A stretch of 58,050 nucleotides of DNA, counting the filler, from Dimargaris cristalligena (Eukaryota), in NCBI GenBank assembly GCA_003614675.1. It is 5 parts of 5 records of this genome, joined end to end, with 100 filler letters (N's around TTAATTAATTAA, not from the genome) between each part and the next. Parts side by side here need not be neighbours in the genome. Positions count along the whole stretch, not along the records: positions 46,534 to 58,050 come from ML003108.1; 4 more parts are not named here. One strand, given 5' to 3'. Positions 48,319 to 58,050 of the stretch are shown here, piece after piece. Both the position numbers and the translations under genes were made by a program. Each line of letters starts with the position of its first letter. Within the stretch, counting starts at the first letter, position 1. The notes beneath the pieces were generated by a model. It did not search any database. It worked only from the letters and a program-made list of their open reading frames with translations, and was not told the DNA's origin.

Positions 48319-49544
48319 TTAATCAAAACATTGGTTAAATCGGTGGATCCGCCTTAGCAACACACTAAATTGGGGGTGCTGGAGTACCTGGTCCAGGATA
48401 CGACCCCATTCATTGTCATCCAATTGAAGCAGTTCCTCGATTCTCGCATGGGCGGGAGTTGAATGGGTGGAGGCCGCTGCAGAACTAAAAACCGGTATTT
48501 CGGCTGTAGGCGCACAAGGTGTTGGCGGAGGGCGGTCACCCCTCGACGGTGTAGAAGCACGGGATACTAAGGCTAGGGAGAGTTGGCTTGGCGGGGCCAA
48601 CGGTGAGCTCGGTAACGGGGTTTCCAGGGTACGTTGAGCCAGATCCGGTTTAGAGGGCGATGGAGTAGGGGGGATCATAAACAAGTGGCGAGGTCCGGAG
48701 CCCCGGCTGGCCAGCTTACACACCATGAAACGCTCCAGCGCGGCGACGCACTGGGCCTGCTTTTCTTGGGAAGACGGTGGCGCCAATTGAATCCGAAAAT
48801 GGTAAGCGGGGTGCTTGGGATTCCCTTCCGCCCATGCAGCCGGACCGAGGGGCCGTGGCTTCATAGCTGGTTGACTGGCCGCTGCTTCGGTTAGCCAGTC
48901 ATCGGAACCGGCGGGGGTCAGGGGGGTGGGGGGTTGCTGCAGGGCCTTCGGGCAGTATCGGAATGTGATGCAGGCTGGTTTGACGAGGGCTTTGAGTTTT
49001 GAAAGTTTTACATGCATGTAGCCCAGCGACAAGTGCTCCTGTGCGGGGTTTGCAATCGATTGGGCATGTCATTTTGGGGGTTGGGAATAGGGTATTGTTG
49101 GGTGAGGGGTGGGGTGGGGTATAGAGTGGCCCAAATGAGAGGGTGAAAGAGAGGGGTGGTGTCCATTAAGTAAGTATTGGACCGCTGATTTAGGGATAGG
49201 TAATGTGGTGCACACTAGAAGGCCCTGTTCCTCTTTCAGTGAATGTGGTCCAATCTAGATGGCTAATGGACACGTCCGTGAGTCGTAATAAACATGTGGT
49301 GGATGCCGGCTATTCTCCCTGGGTGGCATTATTATTTAGAGGGTATTCTTACATAGACTAGTTGATGCGGACCCGGAGGGGTTTGTACGGTGAGAGCCGG
49401 GGCCTGTTGGTCAATAACGAGTTGCAGGGGTGTGTTATGCGCAGGGGTCACCCAAACAGCATGGGCACCGGTCGGGTTGGTGGATGTACCGCCGTGGTAG
49501 GCGTACCCTACAAGGTCAAAAACGAAAGCCGGGAGCCGCGGCAT
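48319..49544 (-). CDS. REC114: Probable meiotic double-strand-break protein REC114; exons 49544-49353 and 49038-48319
   Basis: In-frame splice LVY|EHLSLG. PH-like N-terminus (FDLVGYAY, AVWVT, LQLVI, EHLSL, HFRIQL...CVAALERFMVC), Pro/Ser linker, C-terminal WGRILDQVLQHPQFSVLLRRI. Matches recalled REC114 signature motifs. Confidence 0.65.
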
Positions 49545-49562
49545 CAGTTCGAGTGGTATTGG

Positions 49563-49588
49563 TATAGATATAGATATAGATATAGATA
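49563..49588. repeat. (TATAGA)n hexamer microsatellite just upstream of the REC114-like start
   Basis: tatagatatagatatagatatagata. Confidence 0.8.
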
Positions 49589-52114
49589 TTTATTTGCGGT
49601 TGGACGGGGTGAATCGATGGGGTGATTGCAGATTACCGAATGCAACCACTTAGTGGGAGAATGGCAAGTAAGAAAGGACAAAAGGAAGAAAGGTGCATCC
49701 CGTCGCAGCTGGGCGGTGCCTTCGGACAAAATAAGGCAGCGGTCCCATGGTGTTCTGCGTCGAAGAGGCTAAACGAATAGCGCATATAAAGTATATGCAC
49801 TCACTTTGAATTCACCGTAGCTCCCGGCCTAAATAACCGGCCAGGTGCATACACAGCAGTCCTCTTCCGATACCCCCAGGTCCATCAATAGATGCACTTG
49901 CGATAAGCCGAGGGGATTAAACCCGATTCTTCTTGGAGTGAAACGGTTCCCGTTGCGGCTGGCTCTGGTGACCGCCTCCTCTATAAAAAACTCGGCTGTT
50001 CTGAATCAGACGAGGTATAGCACCACCCGCTTCCTGCAACTGCCCGTTGGTACCCCCCGACCAGACCGACGGGTGGTACCAAACCGAACCACCCAGGCTT
50101 TTGGCGGAAAGGGGGCGTTCTAGAGGCGTGGCTCAATCCACTCTCAGAATGTATATACTGCCAGGTGAAACGCTGCCCATTCACGGGAATTCCCAATTAG
50201 TTTACAACAACCTTAATGTATAGTGGTGGTAGTTAGTAGGGGGTCCTTCGGGTTTGGTTTGTCCAGTAGTTCTCTAAAGTATGCCTTATTCAAACTTAAC
50301 AGCCGTGCACACCAGCATCACCTCCCAATTAATCAATTCCCCACCACCTATCCAACTGACCGGAGGGGTCACAGTGTCAGGGTCATTAAGAAATGTGTAC
50401 GGAGGGGGAAGGTCTTCCACAGCACTATAGCCAGCCGCACAATGGTTCAGTGACGGGAGTAGTCCATCCCTGAATAGCACACACCACCCCTTTTTCTAAG
50501 CACATACCATGGCGATTCATCCACGACATTCTTCCCTGCGAAGGCCGCTGTGGGCCAAAAGGAAGCGCACATGTTGGGCACCGCGGCCTATTATTCGCGT
50601 ATGACCCCGTGGGGTGTTGGTTCATGATGTGATTGATTATAGGAATCCCTGGGATCTACCCAGTCTTAGGTAACTGTATGGTGTATAGGTAAGCAGGTAT
50701 CCACCGTATTGCCATAGGGTAGTCTCCCCTGGCTGTTTTTGTTTGTTTTGTGTTGTTTCCAGTCCACGTCTCCACCGACCAACTAGAGTTTTTATCTGAA
50801 TAGGCGGTACGAAGCAAGGACTGACTAGGATGTGCCCCCGTTTTACAAATGGGGCTTAGGAGCAATGGGCGGGTATCCCCGATATAGAATGCCCATCCAT
50901 ACTCGTTAAAGCCCCGCTCCATGGCTCACATTTTCATTTAAGGCATGAGGTTAGGGCGCAAGGCTCCCACCCCCTCCTTCTCCATAATCTTCTCGTCCAT
51001 TCATTTGCCAAATTGGGAGTTCATCTTTGACATCCTAATGGCACGGGATTGGACCAGCTGGGTGCAAGTCAGGGGGGGACCCACTTGAAACCAAAAGGTG
51101 GGAGAGAGTGGCGGTGGATTCAACAGAAAATGAGACTTTGGCCTCCTGCACTGCCAATATTCCTTCAGGTTATTTCGGGACCATTTCATTATTAATAGGA
51201 TGTTCTCCAGTCCTTTCCCCCTTCTGCCCACACGGGGCCAAATGGGTACCTGTGGTTGGCCAGGTATGGGGGGGAGGGCTTAGGAAGGGAAGGGGGTTCT
51301 CCTCCTCCCTCCCCCCCATCACCACCACACCCTCTAGAGGCCTCTAGGTTTATAAAAGGTGCCCCTAGGGACCTCCAGGTTTGCTAAATTGTGTTTTCCT
51401 GTTTCCCCTAACCGACCTTGCTAGATTTGCCATATTCAACTACCACCTAGGACCGTTTATTGAGCCATTATTTACCTAACTATATAGTCAGACACCGTAT
51501 ATTATTAATTAGGTTCACCCATTCGCAGTTGGTTTCTAAATCTGAAACCATCCAAGGTATAGTATATATTTTGGCTTACTGTCAATATTAACCCACTTAT
51601 TGAGCTTTTTACCTCGTTCTTCCGCCGTATAATGAATGACCTCGGTTGTTATTTGTTGTGGGCATACCACAGTTCCAATGGCGCTGACGGTGCTTTTCTG
51701 TGAGATGACTTGATCCCACTAAAGAGCGAGCCCCGCATCTCACCGGGTTGAAGTAACACTCATGATGAGGGTTACTTCAGCGTCGTCTCGTCGTCATTAG
51801 TGCCGCCGAGTTATTCGGCGGCTACTACAGGGTGCAGGATAAGGGTATACTATCTTTTACACGTAAACCTATTAAACTGTGGGTTGCTGACGTTCTTCTT
51901 ATCGCCATATCCTCTTTCGCCTATCACACCCACATCTGACCTCTAGGTTTCCTCATTTAGCCAACCAACAAACCAATCGGTGGACGATCAATCATTACAT
52001 AATCCCCATACCAAGAGCCCTTCTCACTCAGAGTTATTCTCCGCGCCCAGCCTTCTTGCCCGCTTGATTTCCCAGCCTAGTCCAGCCAAGCCCTACTTGT
52101 TAAGACTACTAACC

Positions 52115-53179
52115 ATGGCCGTTACTTCAAAACTCCGCTCGGCGGAAGTGACACCATTGGCTTCGGTGGCCGACCCCATGTATAAAAACAGCCCCCTCGC
52201 CCGTAACTGCAGCGAACTCAGCCTTCCGTCTTCTTTTGATACCTCCTATTTCTCTGACTCCTCGTTGGAAGAACCCGCATCCCCGCTCTCGCTGTCTTTC
52301 ATTGACAATTGCAACCAATACCTCTCCGACTCCAGTCTATCCCCCGCTCTCTCCTCGCCCCCTCTCTCCTTGTCCCCCATGTCGCTTGATACCGAATCCA
52401 GTGCATCCTTTAGCACCCCTATATTACACGCTTCCCCATCTTCGGCATTATCCCCCACCAAGGAACTGCATCGGCTACAGTCTGATTTAGCAACCACCAC
52501 CCAATCCACCTGGTCTTCAGCATCCCACTCGGCCAACAGTGCCAAGCAATCTCCGACGGACTCGTATTTCCCTCCACCCCCGTATATACCGATGCTGTCA
52601 TCGTCAACTAGTAGTGGGTCGCCCCAAACGGGTGGGCCTCCCACCACTACTGTTATCACCCAAGTGGACCGTCCCCGTAATCGACGCCATCTTTCGGCTC
52701 GGGCCCGGGGTAAACAGGCCTCGACTTCCCGAGAATCCCTGGCATCCATCGTCTCCTCCTCCTCCGCCTCCTCCCTCTCCAACGGTGAAGTTGAAGTCGA
52801 ATCCGGTTCCCAAGGTAGCGACAGAAAACCGAGGAATGCCGCCCAGGCTCACCATGACACCAGCCAGCTTGGTTCCGTCGAAACGAAGCCCAATTTTCTG
52901 GATCGCTTCCTAGCCCCTAAAAAGGGTCGCCGTAACCAGCGTACCATGTCTGAGATTGGCAATGCCTTTAACCCGGCTGTTCCACTCGAGATATCCCACC
53001 CCGAAAATCCCGGTCGGGTGGGTGGTTTGTCTGAAAAGGTCAAGGGCAGCATTATCAACCGACTTGGTAATCTGCTTGGCAAGCCCCAATGGGAAGCGAA
53101 AGGCGAACTAATCAAGGAAATGGGCCAGGGCGAAATGGAGGCCGCCCGGGCACTTAAGCAGCAGCAGCTCTTTTCCTAA
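52115..53179 (+). CDS. Ser/Pro-rich protein with a C-terminal CsbD-like helical domain
   Basis: First ATG at 52115 (ORF open from 51980), low-complexity Ser-rich body, C-terminal VGGLSEKVKGSIINRLGNLLGKPQWEAKGELIKEMGQGEMEAARA. TATAAAA near 51350. Confidence 0.7.
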   Translation: MAVTSKLRSAEVTPLASVADPMYKNSPLARNCSELSLPSSFDTSYFSDSSLEEPASPLSLSFIDNCNQYLSDSSLSPALSSPPLSLSPMSLDTESSASFSTPILHASPSSALSPTKELHRLQSDLATTTQSTWSSASHSANSAKQSPTDSYFPPPPYIPMLSSSTSSGSPQTGGPPTTTVITQVDRPRNRRHLSARARGKQASTSRESLASIVSSSSASSLSNGEVEVESGSQGSDRKPRNAAQAHHDTSQLGSVETKPNFLDRFLAPKKGRRNQRTMSEIGNAFNPAVPLEISHPENPGRVGGLSEKVKGSIINRLGNLLGKPQWEAKGELIKEMGQGEMEAARALKQQQLFS

Positions 53180-53797
53180 ATAGAACCCGGTCGAAAGAGA
53201 GCGGAGGGTAAATGGGAAACCCGCCTCTCCCCCTCTTCTTAATTCCCGACTGAGGGAGAACCTTTCAGATCCCCTCCTTACTTCGGCACCTAGCTGTGCC
53301 TGTACCGCCGCCACCTTCCTGAAACCCATGTTTGCCCGTTCGTTGCTGTGTATTTTTGACCAGTCTAACCACTAGGCTAATTCCATTGTTCATTAACCAT
53401 ATCTAGGTTCACCCTTTCCGTTCCAATGTGTTTTCAGTTTTAATACCCCAGCATATATCATTAACCCATAATCCTAACTCATGTCGATGTATTCACTATT
53501 CAACTCCCCGTTCTGTTGGTAGTATCCTCGGCCTCTATTCAATGCACCCAAACCCGCTTGTATCATTATATTGTATATTTTCAACTACATTTATTCCCTA
53601 TTCCTTCAATATTAGTACTAGTCACGTGGGCCATGCGCCTGTATCTAATAAACCACCATCAGATAGTATTAACTAGTGTTATCATCCACATGGGAAACAG
53701 CAGCACAAAGAAGCACATTCTGACTTAGGGGCGGGCGTCTGCGGATGGGTTAGTGCTGGAAATCATCCGAGACACTCTATTCTCACCTAATGGCCGT

Positions 53798-54256
53798 TTA
53801 CGTGAAAGCCAGTACCGAGCCGTACACGAAGTCCGTGGGGTTAGTCACGGTGGCCTTCAGGAGTCCCACTGACGGACGGAACTTCCAGTTATACGGAGTG
53901 TTCAGGGCATTCATCACCGCCGTAGCGGGCCGGGCATTATCCGATACATAGCACCTAAAATGAAAGCCAGGGAACGTGTCGCCAATCGGTACATTCCGGA
54001 GGGGGAATTCCGGGGGCAGCAAATTGATACCACACACCACCGAACTCAGCGAATTGTTCAAGTTGTACAGATAAATCATGTAGTCGGTTAACACGCGCTC
54101 GCGGTCAGCCAGGCTTAGCAAGGGCGGGTGGGGGGCCATGGGCGGTTGCGGGCCGGAATGGGTGGACTCCACTTCGGGCTGCACAGGGAGGGTCGCGGCG
54201 GAACAATGCAGCATGGCTGCTCCAGCCACTAGCAGAGGTAAAATGAACGAACGCAT
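53798..54256 (-). CDS. Small secreted protein of unknown function, 152 aa
   Basis: Signal peptide MRSFILPLLVAGAAMLHCSA, good ATG context (GCCATCATG), minus-strand TATAAATA near 54405. Confidence 0.75.
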   Translation of the reverse strand: MRSFILPLLVAGAAMLHCSAATLPVQPEVESTHSGPQPPMAPHPPLLSLADRERVLTDYMIYLYNLNNSLSSVVCGINLLPPEFPLRNVPIGDTFPGFHFRCYVSDNARPATAVMNALNTPYNWKFRPSVGLLKATVTNPTDFVYGSVLAFT

Positions 54257-56074
54257 GATGGCGGTAAGTCAATGGTAAGGTAAAACTTGGCTAGTGATAA
54301 GCCAATACGTGGTTTACTGGAAATAATAATTTCGCTTGGGTCGGGGTGGTGTAGTAGCGGTATTAGTCCGATGAGAGGTTAAGGTCAGGGCCACTTTTCA
54401 TCGGTATTTATAGTTTAGGCACACCATAGAACTTCGGATGACTTATCGCCGGGCCGAAACCGAGCCAGCGAGGCGTACCTTAATCAAACTTTACTTGACC
54501 GGTATTATTAAATGTGGTTAAACCCGTAGTGTAGTGTCCAGGGAATGCCAATTTCGACATTGTCGGGTGTGCACCCCTCACTTGGCGATGTTAATGAGGC
54601 CAATTGGTGTAGGAATCCAGAGGCATTTAGGGGCCGAAATCAGCTGATACAACAGGGTACTGCCCCCGAAGGAGCCAAGGGTTTGGGTGGCATAGGGCGG
54701 CAAAATTGGATAGTTTTAATGAATTCACTATCCTCCTTTGGACTATAGTGAACCATAAAGGTGGCGCCTCCTGAGGGACCCGGCGGTTATTCGAAGGGTG
54801 TGGAAGATCGGTAAAATTCTTATGTGGCCTGGTTTGCCAGTATAGGTAAATTCCGGACGGTCCCATTTTGCAAGATTAGGGGAAAGACGTGGTGGGGACC
54901 CGCCCCCCCCCCCTTCCTCAACAACGGAAGGATGAAGGGGCGTAGCCATTACCGCAACTTAGAAACCGTATGGTTTATTAGGGAGGATATGGATAAATCC
55001 AGCAATGGGGTTCCTTTGCGATACCATGTCATACTCATAGATAAAATGGCGCAGTTACATCATTGAAGAAGTAGAGGGGGGTGTAATATCCGTAGCCCCG
55101 TCAAGCCAATACGGTTAGAGAGCTGCGGAACTCGGGATCGGACTATCAAAATGGGCACAATCCCCAACAAACCATTGATTCGGGAGGCCTCCTCTGGGTC
55201 ATTTAATATTCATGTACACTTTCTTAGCAGACATGGCGTCATGCTGTCGTTACACTATGGTCGGATGACGGGGCCCTTGCAAATTGTGAGAACTGACCAT
55301 TAAGATACGAATATGTGCATGGTTAACCAAACAGAACCTTTGCATGTAGGATGGACAATGGTCAGAGGCGGACGGTGTGCGAGTCGAGTTCGTCATATTT
55401 TCGACAAGCCCCCTGGATACGCCTTACTTTACTCGGGCTTGCCTCCACCAGACCCCGCCATGCTTGATAGGCGCATTCACGTCACACCATTGGGTGGCGA
55501 CGTTAAAGATCACATTTAAATGATGCATACTTTTCCTTCTCAACCCATTCTTACCGCAGAGTAGCTGAGAAAGTCGATGGTAGAGAGAGAGTACTTTTTA
55601 ATGTCTGCAAACCCGCAAAGCATCCCATTCGCCAAAGAATTTCGGATGGGACTTGGCAACCCAATGCCACCATCCACAGAGGCGCTTCCCCATTGGCCAG
55701 GAAGTTTTCCCATTGTGACGTACAGGCAGTGGTAATAACGCGGAACTTTCCAACCCACTGCTTCAGCAGCTCAACAAGACGGCGGAATCGGTGATGCAGT
55801 CAGTCATGGGGGGGATATTGCCGTCGTTAATGGCATCATACCTCCTAGTATTCTTTTGATTACCCTAAACAACTACAAGTCGTCGGCTCAATCGTGCGGT
55901 TATAAAAGGCAACCTCCGCAAGCTGTTTTATCTAATAATATCATCTCAGTCCTTAACATCAGTAATTTTACCGAACCCCTTAACCGACTCCTATACTTTC
56001 TCAGACTTTCTTTACTTCCAGGCCACCACTTTCCCCTGTAACACTAACCCCCAACTCCACATTTACCTACCATC

Positions 56075-56584
56075 ATGGTCGACAAGCACCGTCGCCCCCA
56101 TTCCACCGCCGCTGGCGCCCACCCTCCGGCCGGTTACCCCAACCCCGGCCCCCATTCCGCCCACGGTCCCGGCGCTAGTGCTGGTATCGGACCTAGTGGA
56201 GGGGCTTACCCCCCCGGCAGCCATCACGCCCATCCACACCGACCGGCTGCCGGTGCGATGGGAGGAGGAGGAGTACCCGGTGTCAGCGCTGCCCCGGCTC
56301 GTAACCCCAGTAAAATTTCCGGACACGCCAAGGGCATCAAGGGCAATGTCAGCCATACGCTGGGTCGTGTGACGGGGTCGACCACTCTCCAGCTCAAGGG
56401 CCATCAGGATAAAATGGCCGGTCGGGCCGAAGTACAAGCGGCTAAGGCCCACAAATTCAGCCAGGCCGCCGGTCAGCATCAGAATGCGGCCGCCGCTCAG
56501 GCTTACGGTGGTCCGATGTCAAATCCGGCCGCGGGAGTCAAACAGAATCTGGCCCATATGAAGATGAATCACAACGCCTATTAA
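56075..56584 (+). CDS. Gly/His/Ala/Pro-rich protein with a CsbD-like (fungal HMP1-type) domain, 169 aa
   Basis: PSKISGHAKGIKGNVSHTLGRVTGSTTLQLKGHQDKMAGRAEVQAAKA; TATAAAAG at ~55900; ACCATCATGG context. Confidence 0.75.
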   Translation: MVDKHRRPHSTAAGAHPPAGYPNPGPHSAHGPGASAGIGPSGGAYPPGSHHAHPHRPAAGAMGGGGVPGVSAAPARNPSKISGHAKGIKGNVSHTLGRVTGSTTLQLKGHQDKMAGRAEVQAAKAHKFSQAAGQHQNAAAAQAYGGPMSNPAAGVKQNLAHMKMNHNAY

Positions 56585-56995
56585 ATTGTCGACTTTTATT
56601 AATATCATTTCTACTATTATTTTTAACTTAGCTTCCACTGATATCCTTCTGCCATCCGTTCCCCTCCCCTCCCCTTTTCTCGGCGTTCACAGTGACTTGA
56701 GTCCATTCTTTAGTGTTCAATGTATGATCATATTCTTACTCTATTCAGTTTTGGGTGTTGGTTAGTTTAGAAATAGTCTTCAATAAACCCACTGCCGTTT
56801 CCGGATAAATTATTCATCAAGGTACCATTCATTCATTGTCAATGTCTCCAAACAACCAAACCGCGACAATCGCGTCTTATTTGACCTTAACGGTATTTCG
56901 GAATATAATCAGGAACTGCCCCCACCATGGCATGGTATATATTTAATTATATATATATTATTTAGTGTACAGCGATAGATTGGCGCTAAGAAGCA

Positions 56996-57542
56996 TTAGA
57001 GTTCCATCGGGGTGTCTGGTGGCGACGGTGACTCGGTTGCAAGAATAGCTTGCGCCGACTGGAAAACATAAGCCGCCCGGGTTTGCGCGATAGTGAATGC
57101 CCCATTGGGGGATGTTAATTGAACGGCGACTTCCAAAGTAGACGAACTATAAGCATCGGCCACCGAAATATGCGTTAGATACAGTATTGTAGGGCCCACA
57201 TAGGGTTGGTCAGCCGGGGTTTGGTTAATACTAGCTATAGAAAACTGCGGGGGAACTACGTAAGGACGTAGAGGGACAATGCCCTTCCTCTGCCTGGTAT
57301 CAGGAATGGTGTAGTAACTCCCAGGATAATGCAGAATATATATATATATATATATAAGAGGGGACTACCCAACGAGCATTTCGGCTAGGGAGTGGGCCTT
57401 TCTAATCGCCGGAACTGCCCATGGGTTCAACTTACATGCGTTCCAGGGTATAGAGGAGGCCTTTTAGCTCGTGAAGGATGGCCTCCTCCGAATCGCTGAG
57501 TCGATTCACAATACCTGCAGATCGACTGCCATTTGAAGCCAT
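56996..57542 (-). CDS. Two-exon 85-aa protein, possibly DASH/Dam1 complex subunit Hsk3; exons 57542-57436 and 57146-56996
   Basis: ACCATGG start, GTAAGT donor, CTAAC branch site and TAG acceptor give in-frame MASNGSRSAGIVNRLSDSEEAILHELKGLLYTLERISSTLEVAVQLTSPNGAFTIAQTRAAYVFQSAQAILATESPSPPDTPMEL. The helical pattern resembles Hsk3. Confidence 0.5.
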
Positions 57543-57880
57543 GGTACAAGGTAATACTGGTAAACGAGGAAAGGTCCGTTAACCCCAAGGCACAGAGATT
57601 GACGTGAGTTTGTATCGATTGGTAAAAGGTTAAAAGGGATGGGAAAGATGGAGTAGTGACAGCATAGTTGACAAAACCGCGGAATCACAATTGAACTCCG
57701 TTTAAATGAGGAAACACGTTAACAGTAAAACAACCATAGTGTAAGAAAATACTACTGTTTACTGATTGTCTATGAAACCTATTATGTGCCGTAGTACGGG
57801 ATAAACTATTGGCCAGTTCTCCAACACTTCAACTCCTTTAGAATGGCTTTGGCCCGATTTAGTTTTGCCAGGGTGCCAGA

Positions 57881-58026
57881 CATATGGGAGAAGTTCATCC
57901 AAGCTGTATAACGAAAAATCCATTAAATTCGGCCAATATTACTAGTTAAAAATACATTCCCTATGTATTTTCCCATACACGTATAATGCAAACCCTTATA
58001 TTGCTGGGCCGAATTTCGCCCATATG
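57881..58026 (+). mobile_element. MITE-like element, copy D (146 bp)
   Basis: CATATGGGAGAAGTTCATCCAAGCTGTATAACG ... CCTTATATTGCTGGGCCGAATTTCGCCCATATG; same length as, and colinear with, copy A. Confidence 0.75.
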
Positions 58027-58050
58027 GTACCACCCCTCTTAATGTATAGG

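Noticed and set aside
51679-51735. TPP-riboswitch-like words (GGTGC...TGAGA...ACTTGATC...TAA...GCGA) in the putative 5'-UTR intron
   Set aside because: No room for the P2 3' strand between TGAGA and ACTTGAT, P5 cannot pair, and the downstream gene is not thiamine related.
1-58050. CRISPR arrays, rRNA, intact tRNA, prokaryotic operons or intact transposase/reverse-transcriptase genes
   Set aside because: None seen: no regularly spaced direct repeats, no complete cloverleaf, and no DDE or YxDD-containing ORF.

Overview
Eukaryotic, intron-containing fungal DNA (GTAAGT donors, CTAAC branch sites, YAG acceptors). The gene content and style suggest an early-diverging fungus, possibly a Zoopagomycota mycoparasite such as Dimargaris; this is inference only. 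The window is five ~11.5-kb contigs joined by artificial 100-nt spacers (N44-TTAATTAATTAA-N44), so adjacency across spacers means nothing. Recognisable genes: kinetochore scaffold Spc105/Spc7/KNL1 (7 exons), exocyst Sec10, the 3' end of a WDR81-like WD40 gene, the 3' end of alpha-tubulin, a GH47 alpha-1,2-mannosidase with a 9-nt micro-exon, an APC amino-acid permease and ERO1. Less obvious: a probable meiotic REC114 orthologue, a possible DASH subunit Hsk3, two CsbD-like proteins, an orphan 7TM receptor with a large ectodomain, a secreted (GGX)n polyglycine protein and a secreted F-box-like (pseudo)gene. Repeats read directly from the sequence: four copies of a ~146-bp MITE-like element with ~33-bp terminal inverted repeats, two copies of a ~770-bp LTR (one solo LTR with a TTTA target duplication), an exact 55-bp inverted repeat at both ends of one contig, and strongly CpG-depleted relic DNA. 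All homology calls come from motif recall, not database searches.
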